From Octopus bimaculoides (Eukaryota), in contig NC_069004.1 of the NCBI RefSeq assembly GCF_001194135.2, forward strand, positions 34,507,037 through 34,547,342: a stretch of 40,306 bases of DNA, written 5' to 3'. Positions 11,663 to 24,870 of this stretch are shown here, piece after piece (within the stretch, counting starts at the first letter, position 1; each line of letters opens with the position of its first letter). The notes beneath the pieces are model-generated. The model made no database searches. It was not told where the DNA came from and saw only the letters and a program-made list of their open reading frames with translations. A program made the translations under genes and the position numbers.

Positions 11663-11873
11663 TAATCTTTTCTACACTAGGCACAAGGCCCGAAAATTTT
11701 GATGAGTCGATTAGATCGACCTCAGTACGCAACTGGTACTTAATTTATCGACCCCGAAAGGATGGAAGGCAACGTCGACCTCGGCGGAATTTGAACTCAG
11801 AACGTAGCGACAGACGGAATACCGCTAAGCATTTCGCCCGGTGTGCTAACGATTCTGCCAGTTCGCCGCCTTA
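11663..11873 (-). mobile_element. SINE family A, full length, well preserved
   Basis: Reverse complement aaggcggcgaactggcagaatcgttagcacaccgggcgaaatgcttagcgg...gagttcaaattccgccgaggtcgac...ggccttgtgcctagtgtagaaaagatta. Confidence 0.95.
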
Positions 11874-11885
11874 CTTTATAAAAAT

Positions 11886-11972
11886 ATTCTTTTCTACTTT
11901 AAGCACAAGGCCCGAAATTTTTGGTGAGTGGAGGCAGTCGATTAGATCGACCGCAGTACACAACTGGTACTT
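11886..11972 (-). mobile_element. SINE family A, 5'-truncated 3' half
   Basis: Matches the 3' part of the adjacent copy (ttttctac...gcacaaggcccgaaa...gtcgattagatcgacc...caactggtactt). Confidence 0.9.
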
Positions 11973-12059
11973 GTGATTGTGACTAATGCCCTTAGTCTAT
12001 TTAGTGACGAATATATTTCTGCCTTTTTACTTTTCGGTTCTAAAATTGCGCCGATCATA

Positions 12060-12250
12060 GTGCTTGGTAGGTTTTTCTTCCGGTAATTAACGTTGTGAGT
12101 TCAAATACCACCGATGTCATCTCTGCCTTTCACCGTTTCAGGATCGATTAAATAAAATCTCATTCCTGTACTAGGATCGAGGTAATCGACTTGCTTCGCT
12201 GGTTTTTTTTTTATTTCTCAAGACTACTGACCTTCTACCAAAACTAGAAT
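12060..12250 (+). mobile_element. SINE family A, degenerate
   Basis: gttgtgagttcaaataccaccgatgtc...tgcctttcaccgtttcaggatcgattaaataa...ctaggatcgaggtaatcgac aligns with family A. Confidence 0.75.
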
Positions 12251-14276
12251 TACTTTACGTTCCCTGGTTTGGAAATTCCATCAAGATGTAGCAAAGAATT
12301 GCAGCACAATCGCTGCCGTTATTGACGAGTCCAATTCGATTGATCACCAATTGATAGATAATTGGATATTAGAAAATTAATTAACTGTTGGTTATATGAC
12401 GAGGAGTGAATTTTCTAATAAATGGACCAAAAACGAAAATAAGAGGGAATTGAAGAGGTTTTTTTTCCCCTTCGTATTTGTGGTAAATATAAGCATATAT
12501 AACGGGATTAAAGCTCGTTTTTGCAATGATTTAATCTAATTGAAAACCTCTTCCTTTTCTCCCACATATACATACACAAACACTCGTTCATACATCACAT
12601 ATACAAATATACACACGCATACACATAGACACAGAAAACTATGCATTCACAGAGATATTCACTCATACACACAACATATACAAAGGCACACTCATACACA
12701 CACACACGAAAAGAAACATTCAATTATACATACACACACAAAACTCACACACGTGTATACAAAGACTCTCACTACCCACACATTTACATACACTCATACA
12801 CACGCATACATACAGAAACCCTCACTTATACACACACACACACACACACTTTATTAAGACTTGCAAGCATACATTAGAACATACTTCAACGTATTACTGT
12901 CGACCATCAAAAACTCTGAAATTAATAAAATATTAAATGCCATGTACAAAAACCAATTCCTAAAATCCTGGGGACCACAATTATAATCCCATCCCCCACA
13001 GAACACTTCACACCCACTCGAAAAGCATAAACGAAAATAAGAGAAAAAAAAAAAGCAGCAAATTTCTCTTGAGGAAAAGAAGCAATAAACACACAAAAAG
13101 AGAAGAAAAAATAATTAAAAAAACAGAGAAAAATGTCAAATTTAAGACGATGTATTTAAAAAGTCTTTGAAATTCCGCTGCCAAATTTTGGCTGTAGTAA
13201 ATCTTCATAATGAATAAATCAGCAACTTTGGATTTAGATATTTCAAAAAAGAATGTTATATGGATGAATGAAAGCCATTTGCCTATAATAATAATAATAA
13301 TAATAATAATGTTGGCTTTGGTGTTTTTGTTTTTGTCGGCATAGCATAAGATTTAAATTTCTTTTGATATTTGACTTTGACACAAGTCACGCATTACATC
13401 CAGGTTAAACTAGATTTTTTTTATGAATCGTCTACAAATGTCTTTCATTTTATTCGTGTGTGTGTATCTATTTACATATCTGTACATACAAGCATAGTTA
13501 TGCATTCGCATATACATATACATTTATAAACATATATACATTTATTAATATTCGGGGCTTTTTTGCGTAGTTTTTATCCATAACTGGCAACAAACACACA
13601 AATCGAAGTTTCACTCAAAAGCGTTTAATAGACTATCATATTTCTTCTAAGAGACAGGGTTTAGAGTTGCTTCGAAGTTTCTGTCAAACTCTTCCTCGCA
13701 AAAATAATATGGCCAGGCAGAGATGAATATATTAGTATGTATGTGTATATGAATATGTAGAGTGAGGGGTGAGACATACATAGGTTAGTAGTCGAGTTTC
13801 ATCCTCAGAAATATTTCAGGCCGCTAAGCAGGATAAGAAAACGGCTAGAGTCCTTTCAGCGGCCTATCATTTTCCTAGGCCCAATATCTTTGGGTGAACG
13901 TGTGTTTGTGCACGTATTTATATAGTGGCCAATGCGTCGTATCTATTCGATACGAAAAGATATCTGATGTTTTTCCAATGTCCAAAAGTGGGGCAAAAGT
14001 AATGGCGAATCATATCTCGTGAGAAAAGGTTGAAGTTATCAGGAATCGAACACACCGGCGAGTCCGAATAATGTTAGGGAAATTTCATACAGAAAACGAG
14101 AAAAATATAAATTATAACTAAATAAAAACACTTCGTTCTTACATTCAATAAATCTTAATTAACGCTTTTACGTGGTGAATTGGCAGAGAGATAAAAGTGG
14201 TTTCTCTCCCGTGTCTCAGCGCTTGTTCACCGAGACCATTTTCGTAATTTTGGTGTCAATAAACGATTAGCAATCT

Positions 14277-14340
14277 AGGGTAGTGGCTTGGCAGAACGGT
14301 TTGAATGTCAGCCGACATACTTGCGATGTATCTTCTGGCT
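14277..14340 (+). mobile_element. SINE family A head, very degenerate
   Basis: agggtagtggcttggcagaacggtttgaatgtcagccgacatacttgcgatgtatcttc is weakly colinear with the A head. Confidence 0.4.
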
Positions 14341-14659
14341 TTTGCGTGCTAGGCGCCAAGTTGTATCGATCCTTATCTGCAGCTAACCCTTTGGATAATA
14401 ATTTCGGTGGCTTGAAAAAAGTTTAGTTTACATGGGTAAATGAAAGTCTTCCTAAGAACAAAATTTTGTCAAGACCTTTCTAACTGTGGGCAGATGTATG
14501 TTCAAAAGCGAATAACGGAGTACTTCGAATATAATTGGACGTTTATAATTTTCATTCTTTGTCGAAATGTTTTATGACTATTGACTGAAATGTCACCACA
14601 ATTTGGATTGCGCAGGCGCAAGCAACCGGGTCTCTACGTCGTGATTCATTTTTTTTTAA

Positions 14660-14662
<3 letters not shown>

Positions 14663-14694
<32 letters not shown>
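14663..14694 (+). repeat. Poly(A) tract (32 A)
   Basis: Direct reading. Confidence 0.95.
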
Positions 14695-14696
<2 letters not shown>

Positions 14697-15140
14697 AATA
14701 CTAATAGAAGCAACACGTAACAGCAATACTTACGTTTTGAAGCAAGGTTTTGTTGCTATATAATAGATTCTTCGCAAAGTTTGGCATCGAATTAAGGTAT
14801 GAATCGTTAGGCGAGAAGGCTGTAAAGTACGCATCGGTACTGTTATGATTAATCATGTCGGGAAGAACTGTGGCTGCCTCGTTGATGGAACTGGAAGTAG
14901 AGAAAGACGGAGAAGATAGAGATATGAGACTGAAAGAGAATGGAATAAGTTCAAAGGTCATTTGGGTACAAGGGAAATTAATGTGCGCCTCAAATGCACA
15001 ATCTTGAACGGGAATTTATTTATGAATACTGAAAGAAAGAAAAATAAAATTCTTACAGGACCTACCTGCGATTTGAACGCAGGACGCAGAAATTGAAACA
15101 AAACAAGTCATTTATACATAAGTACGTATACCCATATGTT

Positions 15141-15508
15141 GTCGTCGTGGCACTCCGTCGGTTACGATGTTGAGGGTTCCACTTGATCCGATCAATGGAA
15201 CAGCCTGCTCGTGAAATTAATGTGCAAGTGGCTGAGCACTCCACAGACACGTGTACCCTTAACGTAGTTCTCGGGGAGATTCAGTGTGACACAGAGTGTG
15301 ACAAGGCTGGCCCCTTTCAAATACAGGCACAACAGAAACAGGAAGAAAGAGTGAGAGAAAGCTGTGGTGAAAGAGTGCAGCAGGCTTCAGCACCATCCCC
15401 TGCCCGGAGCCTCAATAAACTCTCAGAACGCCCAGTCTGGGAATGGAAACCGCGATCCTACGACTGCGAGTCCGCTGCCCTAACCACTGGGCCATTGCGC
15501 CTCCACAC
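15141..15508 (-). mobile_element. tRNA-derived SINE family C, copy 1
   Basis: Element strand starts gtgtggaggcgcaatggcccagtggttagggcagcggactcgcagtcgtaggatcgcggtttccattccc (A-box tggcccagtgg, B-box-like ggtttccattcc); about 350 bp colinear with 29308-29672. Confidence 0.92.
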
Positions 15509-15627
15509 CCATATGTATGCAGAGTTAAACACAAGAGTACACACCCGTACATAGATACATCTACACACACGCACACACACCCATATACTTATATATCGAA
15601 AAACATTAACACACACACACACACACA

Positions 15628-15903
15628 NNNNNNNNNNNNNNNNNNNNNNNNNNNNNNNNNNNNNNNNNNNNNNNNNNNNNNNNNNNNNNNNNNNNNNNNN
15701 NNNNNNNNNNNNNNNNNNNNNNNNNNNNNNNNNNNNNNNNNNNNNNNNNNNNNNNNNNNNNNNNNNNNNNNNNNNNNNNNNNNNNNNNNNNNNNNNNNNN
15801 NNNNNNNNNNNNNNNNNNNNNNNNNNNNNNNNNNNNNNNNNNNNNNNNNNNNNNNNNNNNNNNNNNNNNNNNNNNNNNNNNNNNNNNNNNNNNNNNNNNN
15901 NNN
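15628..15903. other. Assembly gap (N run)
   Basis: N characters between (CA)n and (TA)n. Confidence 1.
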
Positions 15904-15937
<34 letters not shown>

Positions 15938-15985
15938 TGAGAGGTTTGTAAGTATATGTGAGCCTATACAGCATATATACTGTCC

Positions 15986-16020
<35 letters not shown>

Positions 16021-16401
16021 GATATATACATATATATGTTTAAGTTATAGTTAATCAATATTTGTTTGTATTTTTCGGTGAAATATTAATTTACTTTCAC
16101 AGTTAACTGAGATGTATTGAATGAAACCGGAAGCCGCTCGTTCGGCGGAAATTGTTTCTGATATTGCTAGTCGTAGTTTTTCTCTTGTTGTTTTTGTTGT
16201 TCTCTATAATGCAAGTCGTGTTGGAATTGCTACGGGGATTACATCTACCGTGGTTTATCATGTCTGTTGTATATACGCATGTGTATACACACACATTTCT
16301 AATCATATATACATACAGATGACTACACACACACACACACACATATAAATGCTTACACATATAAATGCCTACACATATCCATTGATATGTCTATATATAT
16401 A

Positions 16402-16593
16402 TTCTTTTATTCATCTTTGTGTTTCAGTCATTTCACTGCAGCCATGCTGGAGCACCGCCTTTAGTCGAACAAATCGACACTAGGACTTATTTTTTGTAAG
16501 CCTAGTACTTATTCTACCGGTCTCTTGTCGAACCGCTAAGTTACAGGGACGTAAACACACACATACATATCCGTTGTCAAACACAGACGCACA

Positions 16594-16596
<3 letters not shown>
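16402..16596 (-). mobile_element. SINE 3' segment (probably the family B 3' half)
   Basis: tttcagtcatttcactgcagccatgctggagcaccgcctttagtcgaacaaatcgac... recurs at 24313, 26103 and, inverted, at 36480. The link to the B head comes from a recalled consensus and is not shown in this window. Confidence 0.85.
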
Positions 16597-16636
<40 letters not shown>

Positions 16637-16749
16637 GTATGAATATACAACATGTAATTGCATATACAAGCAGAGGACTTAACACACACACATATATATC
16701 TATCAATACATATACATGCGTACATATATATTTGATATATATATATTTG

Positions 16750-16791
<42 letters not shown>

Positions 16792-17269
16792 ATATATGTG
16801 TACATATGTGAATATATCATATATTTATATATGTATACATATATATCTGCGTGTGTGTAGGTGTCAGTGTGTGTGTGTTCTTGGTTTCGCGTTGTTTTGA
16901 GTTCGATTCTATTCATTTCGTTTATATTCCATTTTTGTTGATTCTTTCCATATTTCATTGCAAAGAACTTCCAATATCATTACCATTCCTCATTAGAAAC
17001 CAATATCTCAATACCTTATTCTTGCAGTTGGTACTACAATCAGGCTAATATCTTCCGTTACCAGATTCCATGGCTTCCATATCATGATAACTTATTCCTT
17101 TCGGCTTTTGTTCACAAGACACTCTCAGGAGAATTTTTCTCGTTGTTTGTTTGGAGGTTATGTTCAAGGTGAGATATTAAATAATCGACATCATAAATTG
17201 AATTTTAAAGCGATCCATGGAAAATAACGCCAGTGCGTCGTTGAATATAAGATTGTAAAGAGATGATCA

Positions 17270-17470
17270 TTCGTTCAATTCTTCCGTTGTCCATCACGAT
17301 AGACAGACACGCTACCATCGTGATGGACAACGGAGGGAGGAAAAAATGTCGAACGGAAGACCAAGGAATATATGGCATAGTACGTTCTGGGGCGACGTAA
17401 GTGTGATGGAAATTGGTCCGAGTGAAGCTAGGAGGAGGGTGAGTAATGAGGGGTGTAACCGGGAGTAATC
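17270..17470 (+). pseudogene. Dead RTE-like LINE ORF2 extreme C-terminal remnant
   Basis: Frameshifted pieces DRHATIVM / WTTEGGK / GRPRNIWHSTFWGDVSVMEIGPSEARRRVSN (GRPR from 17355) resemble the usual W-T-P-x-G-K-R-x-R-G-R-P-R-x-T-W ending of RTE ORF2. Confidence 0.55.
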
Positions 17471-17587
17471 GCGAAAGCTCAGTACCCGTTCTCCTCACAG
17501 TACAACATCGTTCCCTTCTACAAAAATTCAACACTAAATTATTAGTGAACCTTAGTGAGTGGTTATGCAATCGAACCCAGAACTTTT

Positions 17588-17804
17588 TTCTTTTCCACTC
17601 TAGGCCCAAGGCCCAAAATTTTGGGGAGGGGGGACAGTTGATTAGATCGACCCCAGTACGCAACTGGTGCTTAATTTATCGACCCCGAAAGGATGAAAGG
17701 CAAAGTCGACCTCGGCAGAATCTGAACTCAGAACACGAAGACTGACGAAATACCGCAAAGCATTTCAGCCAGCGTGCTAACGTTTCTGCCAGCTCACCAC
17801 CTTA
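17588..17804 (-). mobile_element. SINE family A, full length, with 20-bp target-site duplication
   Basis: Colinear with 11663-11873; flanked by caatcgaacccagaactttt (17568-17587) and caatcgaacccaggactttt (17805-17824), 19/20 identical. Confidence 0.95.
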
Positions 17805-18515
17805 CAATCGAACCCAGGACTTTTGAATCACACAGCTTTGCTTCAGTTTACAAGAAGTAGAAAGCATGCATTTACTGTCATCTATATTTGACTATCAGTT
17901 TATTATTTTCATTTGAATATCTGTCGCTGCCCTTCTCAGTGAACTTTATATGTGATTGTTTCGCTGCGATAGGATGATGTTCCGATACCGTTGGGAAATC
18001 TGGTCGGTTCCAATATTATTTCTGATGTCCCCTGATAGTTATGCGCAGAAATCTAGTATATTGTGTAAGCTCTTTTTTTTTTTTTCCTGAATTCAGTCTA
18101 GAAGGAACAACCCACCATTTCTGGAATTTCAATCAGGAAAATAATATATTAAATCATATCTAGTTGATAAAAAAGAGGAAGGGAACGACGATGGTACAAC
18201 GGCATATGTGTCTGAATATATGTTGTTTCGTACATTGACGTCTCTGTTCATATGGAAATCTCTGTGTTTATACCAACATACATCCGGCAAAGACACACAC
18301 ACACACACACACACATACACATATATGTACGTACGCGTGTGTGTATGTAGGGGTGGAGTGAGTCTGTGTACGTCCGAAATTTTACGACAGTCACTTCTTC
18401 GAAGTATCGCCATCACTGGCTTCCTGAAGCTGCAACAGTAAATTGGAGGTGCTACATAAATTTATTAAGGAATCCTTCAACGAAAGTTTTACTGTTTTGT
18501 TGTAGGACTTCATAA

Positions 18516-18559
<44 letters not shown>

Positions 18560-19205
18560 TATTTCGTCTTACGTTAAGAAGCGGTGTACGGAACCATTAT
18601 TTTTGACTCCAGTTTGATATAAAGAGCTACTCCATATCTTTGTTAGAGTATTCATATAAGAGGAGTCAAGGTCAGCGAGTCTGTGCAGGTATCGAGTCGC
18701 ATGAGTTGTAATAGTGAAGTCAAACCGAATAGTGATAGTTTCAAATCTTTCAGTTCGTAGGTTTCAAGTTTGCGTAATATAAATTCTTCCAAATTCTATT
18801 TACGGAATAATTACATCAAAACAAAAAGGCTGGAAAAGTTTGCTATTTTGTAAACCCCATGTTACACGTGTTTCGTTATAGGCTAGGCGTTACAACAGCG
18901 TACATGCAGAAAAACAAAATGAAAACATGTATAGAATCTCTTATCCGTAATTCTTCAGATAAAGATTAAAAAATAATATATACGAAAGAGAGAGAGAGAG
19001 TGGGAGAGAGAGAAAGAAAGAGACACTGGGTGGTCACTACGGGAACGAGTTCAAAGATAGGCATCGCCAGATGAGGTCATGACTCTGATCAAAGCACCAA
19101 CACTGAATGTAGAATCGCATAAAACTTGCACTACTTGCGTAACCTTTACTATCTCCATTACTGCAACCACTGAAACCACCGTCGGATTCTTCATCAACAC
19201 TATCA

Positions 19206-19241
<36 letters not shown>

Positions 19242-19368
19242 GACTACAGGAGCACCATCTGATACCCTATTCTTCACTATCTCTTTTGTATTATACCTTT
19301 TACAGATCATTCACTCACCGTATAGATACGCATGCAGAGTACACACATACATGTGTGTGTGTGTGTGC

Positions 19369-19400
<32 letters not shown>

Positions 19401-19410
19401 NNNNNNNNNN
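19401..19410. other. Assembly gap (10 N) inside (TA)n
   Basis: N characters. Confidence 1.
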
Positions 19411-19447
<37 letters not shown>

Positions 19448-19941
19448 GTGTGTGTATGCACATATACACATGTCTAAGCATACGCACACACAACACACCC
19501 ACGTACTTAACCAATTCCTTCTGATCTCTTTCCTATTCAGAGGTGTTCGTTCTCTGTTTTAGCTTCCATCGTCCCATTTTTCCCCCTTTTTTTTTCGTTT
19601 CGTTAATATCTTTTTTTTTTCTCTCTCTCTATTCATCGCTTCCTTTTTTTGTCTTTACTCTCTCTTTTGTACTCCTTTGTACTTCTGGTTCACTCTGGTG
19701 AAAACATCATACAGCAAGACTTGATTAGATAGAATGGTAAAGAATGGGACTTTGATGATCAAATGACGTATTAAATACAAAATGCACACGTTTCACCCGC
19801 GTTTTGCTCTTATAAAAGTTAGTTTTTTTTATTTATTATTTTTTCCCCATGCAATCAAAGTGTAACACGTGATAAAAAAAACCCCAACAAAATACATGAA
19901 TAGAATGAAATACGCAGTCACCTACATGCACACACACACAC

Positions 19942-19982
<41 letters not shown>

Positions 19983-20084
19983 AACACATACACATACACA
20001 CATGGACACATACCCTCAGGTATAAATTGTACAGCACAGTTACACACAACACGCATACTATTACACATATGCACACACATACAC

Positions 20085-20201
<117 letters not shown>

Positions 20202-20439
20202 TAAAATACGTACATGCATGAATACACATATATTGATATACAAAAAAACTGTGAATAGAGTTTAGCACACATGCGTATACATACGCATTTATAGATACCT
20301 GGATGCGTATGCTGACACCTAAGCACACGTTCACACAAATACAAGCATAAATATATTAATACACACACACACGCCCACATTTTCGTTAGTAGTGTACAGA
20401 TATCCACATACATTTGCGCATAAAAACGGCGACTCAATA

Positions 20440-20491
<52 letters not shown>

Positions 20492-20705
20492 AATATGTGA
20501 ATGCGTGTGTGTGTATGTGTGTTTATGGATGATTATATCTATAATCACCCATGTATAGACGCTACTGCGTCGACGCTAGTATCCATACTAATGCAGAGTT
20601 AATTTTCTCGACTCAAATAACTATAAACAAAATAGAGAGAGAGGAAGGAGAGAGAGGGGGTAGGAAAAGAGAGAGAGAGAGAGAGAGGGAGAGAGGGAGG
20701 GAGGG

Positions 20706-21229
20706 NNNNNNNNNNNNNNNNNNNNNNNNNNNNNNNNNNNNNNNNNNNNNNNNNNNNNNNNNNNNNNNNNNNNNNNNNNNNNNNNNNNNNNNNNNNNNNN
20801 NNNNNNNNNNNNNNNNNNNNNNNNNNNNNNNNNNNNNNNNNNNNNNNNNNNNNNNNNNNNNNNNNNNNNNNNNNNNNNNNNNNNNNNNNNNNNNNNNNNN
20901 NNNNNNNNNNNNNNNNNNNNNNNNNNNNNNNNNNNNNNNNNNNNNNNNNNNNNNNNNNNNNNNNNNNNNNNNNNNNNNNNNNNNNNNNNNNNNNNNNNNN
21001 NNNNNNNNNNNNNNNNNNNNNNNNNNNNNNNNNNNNNNNNNNNNNNNNNNNNNNNNNNNNNNNNNNNNNNNNNNNNNNNNNNNNNNNNNNNNNNNNNNNN
21101 NNNNNNNNNNNNNNNNNNNNNNNNNNNNNNNNNNNNNNNNNNNNNNNNNNNNNNNNNNNNNNNNNNNNNNNNNNNNNNNNNNNNNNNNNNNNNNNNNNNN
21201 NNNNNNNNNNNNNNNNNNNNNNNNNNNNA
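20706..21229. other. Assembly gap (N run) inside a (GA)-rich tract
   Basis: N characters. Confidence 1.
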
Positions 21230-21707
21230 AAGAGAGAGAGATTTTATAATATTTACACCTTGTCACAGTTTTATAGTTAACTGAGATACACAAAACCGAA
21301 AACACACAGAAATCAGACACATTTACACTCTGTTCAATACTTCCATAATTACTGGAACACACATACACACAAACACATTCACACATTCACACGCACACAC
21401 ATATACACACACTGTTCACCGGTAATTTTCGCTCCTCACATTTCACTCTTTATTTCACAAGTTAAAACTTTACGCAGGAGGAACGTCTCACCGGCAGAAA
21501 TTGACACACACACACACACACACACACATACTATTTCAATCACTGAACATACACATCTAGGCGCAACAGTGCACACGCAGATACACACACACACAGATAC
21601 ACGCACACACAGATACACACACATACATGAACAATGTCCTCTACTCAAATTTCAATCTTATTTTATACACCATAATTTACAAGAAAAATCTACGCACACA
21701 CACAAAT

Positions 21708-21742
<35 letters not shown>

Positions 21743-22363
21743 CTCACGAACACATATACACGCTGATATATACACTGAGAGCCACAAGTAGAAACACACA
21801 TGTACACAAATACAGAAATACATACAAAAATAATTTTCTACTAAAGTTTTAATTTTCATCACACGCATATCCAAACACATACACCTTTGCACACGATTAC
21901 TCACGAACGCATACACATAAATTACACATCTTCGCACACATACATACAAATGCATACCAGCCTCAGCCAATTACACACACGTGTAAATAAACATACACAC
22001 AGGTGTTCACACAGATACGTATCCTTTTCTTCTCGTATTTCATTCTTTATTTCACCAACAAAAACCACAAAATGGAAAACAAATTTGAAACTATAAAACA
22101 ACAAACACAGAGGAATAAACACACACAATGATCCCCCCCCCCTCACACGCTTTTTTTCCTTTCTTTTTTTCTTTCAACTTGCAATTCATTCGAACCCTCA
22201 CATCCCATACGACACTTCAGTACCTCGTCACATTATTTTTTCTCTTTTGCTATTTCTATATAACAGAAGACGCTAAACAAAAGTCGTTTCCGTTTTCTTT
22301 CTCTTCGTTCTGCTTTTTCTCTCTCTCTATCCCGCTCTCTCCCTCTCTCTGATTTTATGCCAT

Positions 22364-22405
<42 letters not shown>

Positions 22406-22638
22406 GCTGTCTCTCTTCATATCTCACTCTCTGATACAGATTCTATATACTCTCTCTCTTTCCCCCATCTCTCTCTCCGTCTCTCTCTTTTATTTTCGGT
22501 CTTTTTGAATTCCCGAATCTTTTGTCCGCCATTTTGTTTCATAGAAAATTCATTTCTTTTTAACCATTGTCTCATGGAATTTGTATCCGTAAAAGAAATA
22601 ACACATACTGAGTTAAACACACAACAACACGTATGTGT

Positions 22639-22687
<49 letters not shown>

Positions 22688-22839
22688 ATATATATATTTA
22701 CGTGTGTGTGTGTGTGTGTATTTATATAAATATATACATGCATGTACGTACATATATATATATATACATATATATATTGGTAGTTTCAGTTTCCCTACTT
22801 CATCCTCATTTTAATATCCGTTTCATTTTTGATGCTGTT

Positions 22840-23070
22840 GTTTTATTGTAGTTGCAATTGTTGTTGTTTTCGTTACTGTTGCATTGCTATTTTGCTGTTA
22901 CAGTTTAAGTTGTAGTCTTTTATGTCGTTGTCATCGCAGACGTCATTATAGTCGTTGTTGTTGTTATTCTTGTAGTTGTTGTTATTAATGTCACGTAGCT
23001 GTTGGTGCTGTTGTTGTTGTTGTTGTTGTTATTGTTGCTGTAGTTGCAATTGTTGTTGTTGTTGCTGTTA
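22840..23070. repeat. Degenerate (GTT)n/(GCT)n triplet region
   Basis: Direct reading. Confidence 0.8.
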
Positions 23071-24130
23071 AAATTTTATGATATTTTTCGTTCCCTCTTC
23101 TTGATGCCACTGTCGTTCTTTAATGTTTTATGGAGCCATGTTGTGTGTGTTTAATACGGTTTTCTGAAGAACTCGTTCCTTACATGTATCTTTACAAAAA
23201 GTTATATTTGTCATTTTTTTTTCTTTCTATTTTTCAACCTCCTCTCCACAAAGACATACACGCCACACCACACACAAAGACATACACACAAGCACTAAAA
23301 AACACTAATTCACAAAAAAATCCACCCACCGTCTATAAACACATGCTTAAGTACAAACAGACACGTACATACACATATATAGAAAACCCATATGACCAGC
23401 TTAAAAAAAAGCACCAAATATTCTAACAAAAAAATTGTAATAAAAAATAGGAAGTAATTTTGAGACAAAAATACGAAAATAAAAATAAAAGGAAAATCTA
23501 TATATAAAAATATATTTCTAAAAAAAAAAACACACCAAGAAAAAGAAAACATATGTAGAAATTCATACAAAAACATGTATTGAAATTGGCTTACTGGATT
23601 CTTTATTTATTTATTTAGTGGACTGTATTTTTATAATGAGTTTTTTATTCACATTTTGTTGTGGTTATTTTTATCGATGTTGGTAATATAGATGTTTTAA
23701 ATACATATATTATTTAGTTGTAGCTATGCATGTACATAGATGTGTGTGTGTGTGTGTGTGTGCGTATAAGCGTGTACATGTGGTATACATGCATGTATCA
23801 TGTGTATGTATATATATACATGTATATATATGTATATACATATGTGTGTGTGTGTATGTGTGTGTGTGTATACATATATGTATGTATTTCTACATAATAT
23901 CCACTGGCAGCAGTTTTTGTTGTTGATATTAGTACTCCTGTACTAATAATTCAAATATCTCTCTCTCCATATATGTGTGTACTTTTAATTCTCTCTCTCT
24001 TTTCTCTCTCACACACACACTCACACACAGGCATATAGATTATATATACATATTCACACATTAGAAATGTGTGTGTGTTGCTATATATATATATATATAT
24101 ATATATCTATATATATGTGTGTGTATAAAT

Positions 24131-24168
<38 letters not shown>

Positions 24169-24312
24169 GCAAACACGACGAGTTTCCCAAAAGTCGGACT
24201 GAATCTGAAACACAAAACTGCATCTTTGTGACGCGAACCTCTAAACAGGACACCCGCGCTAGTAGCTGCAGAAGCATGGATCACTGCCACCCTACTTATA
24301 TATAGAGATTTG

Positions 24313-24401
24313 TTCTTTTACTTCTTTTCCTTGTAATTTGATTGCGGCCATGCAGGAGCACCGACTTCAATCGAACAAATCGACCCCAGGACTAATTGTT
24401 T
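24313..24401 (-). mobile_element. SINE 3' segment (same family as 16402), running into a gap
   Basis: gattgcggccatgcaggagcaccgacttcaatcgaacaaatcgaccccaggactaatt. Confidence 0.85.
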
Positions 24402-24870
24402 NNNNNNNNNNNNNNNNNNNNNNNNNNNNNNNNNNNNNNNNNNNNNNNNNNNNNNNNNNNNNNNNNNNNNNNNNNNNNNNNNNNNNNNNNNNNNNNNNNN
24501 NNNNNNNNNNNNNNNNNNNNNNNNNNNNNNNNNNNNNNNNNNNNNNNNNNNNNNNNNNNNNNNNNNNNNNNNNNNNNNNNNNNNNNNNNNNNNNNNNNNN
24601 NNNNNNNNNNNNNNNNNNNNNNNNNNNNNNNNNNNNNNNNNNNNNNNNNNNNNNNNNNNNNNNNNNNNNNNNNNNNNNNNNNNNNNNNNNNNNNNNNNNN
24701 NNNNNNNNNNNNNNNNNNNNNNNNNNNNNNNNNNNNNNNNNNNNNNNNNNNNNNNNNNNNNNNNNNNNNNNNNNNNNNNNNNNNNNNNNNNNNNNNNNNN
24801 NNNNNNNNNNNNNNNNNNNNNNNNNNNNNNNNNNNNNNNNNNNNNNNNNNNNNNNNNNNNNNNNNNNNNT
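24402..24870. other. Assembly gap (N run)
   Basis: N characters. Confidence 1.

Noticed and set aside
15430-15508. tRNA gene
   Set aside because: The A/B boxes belong to a SINE head that continues into a 300-bp body repeated at 29308; no intact cloverleaf or acceptor stem. The same applies to the other SINE heads.
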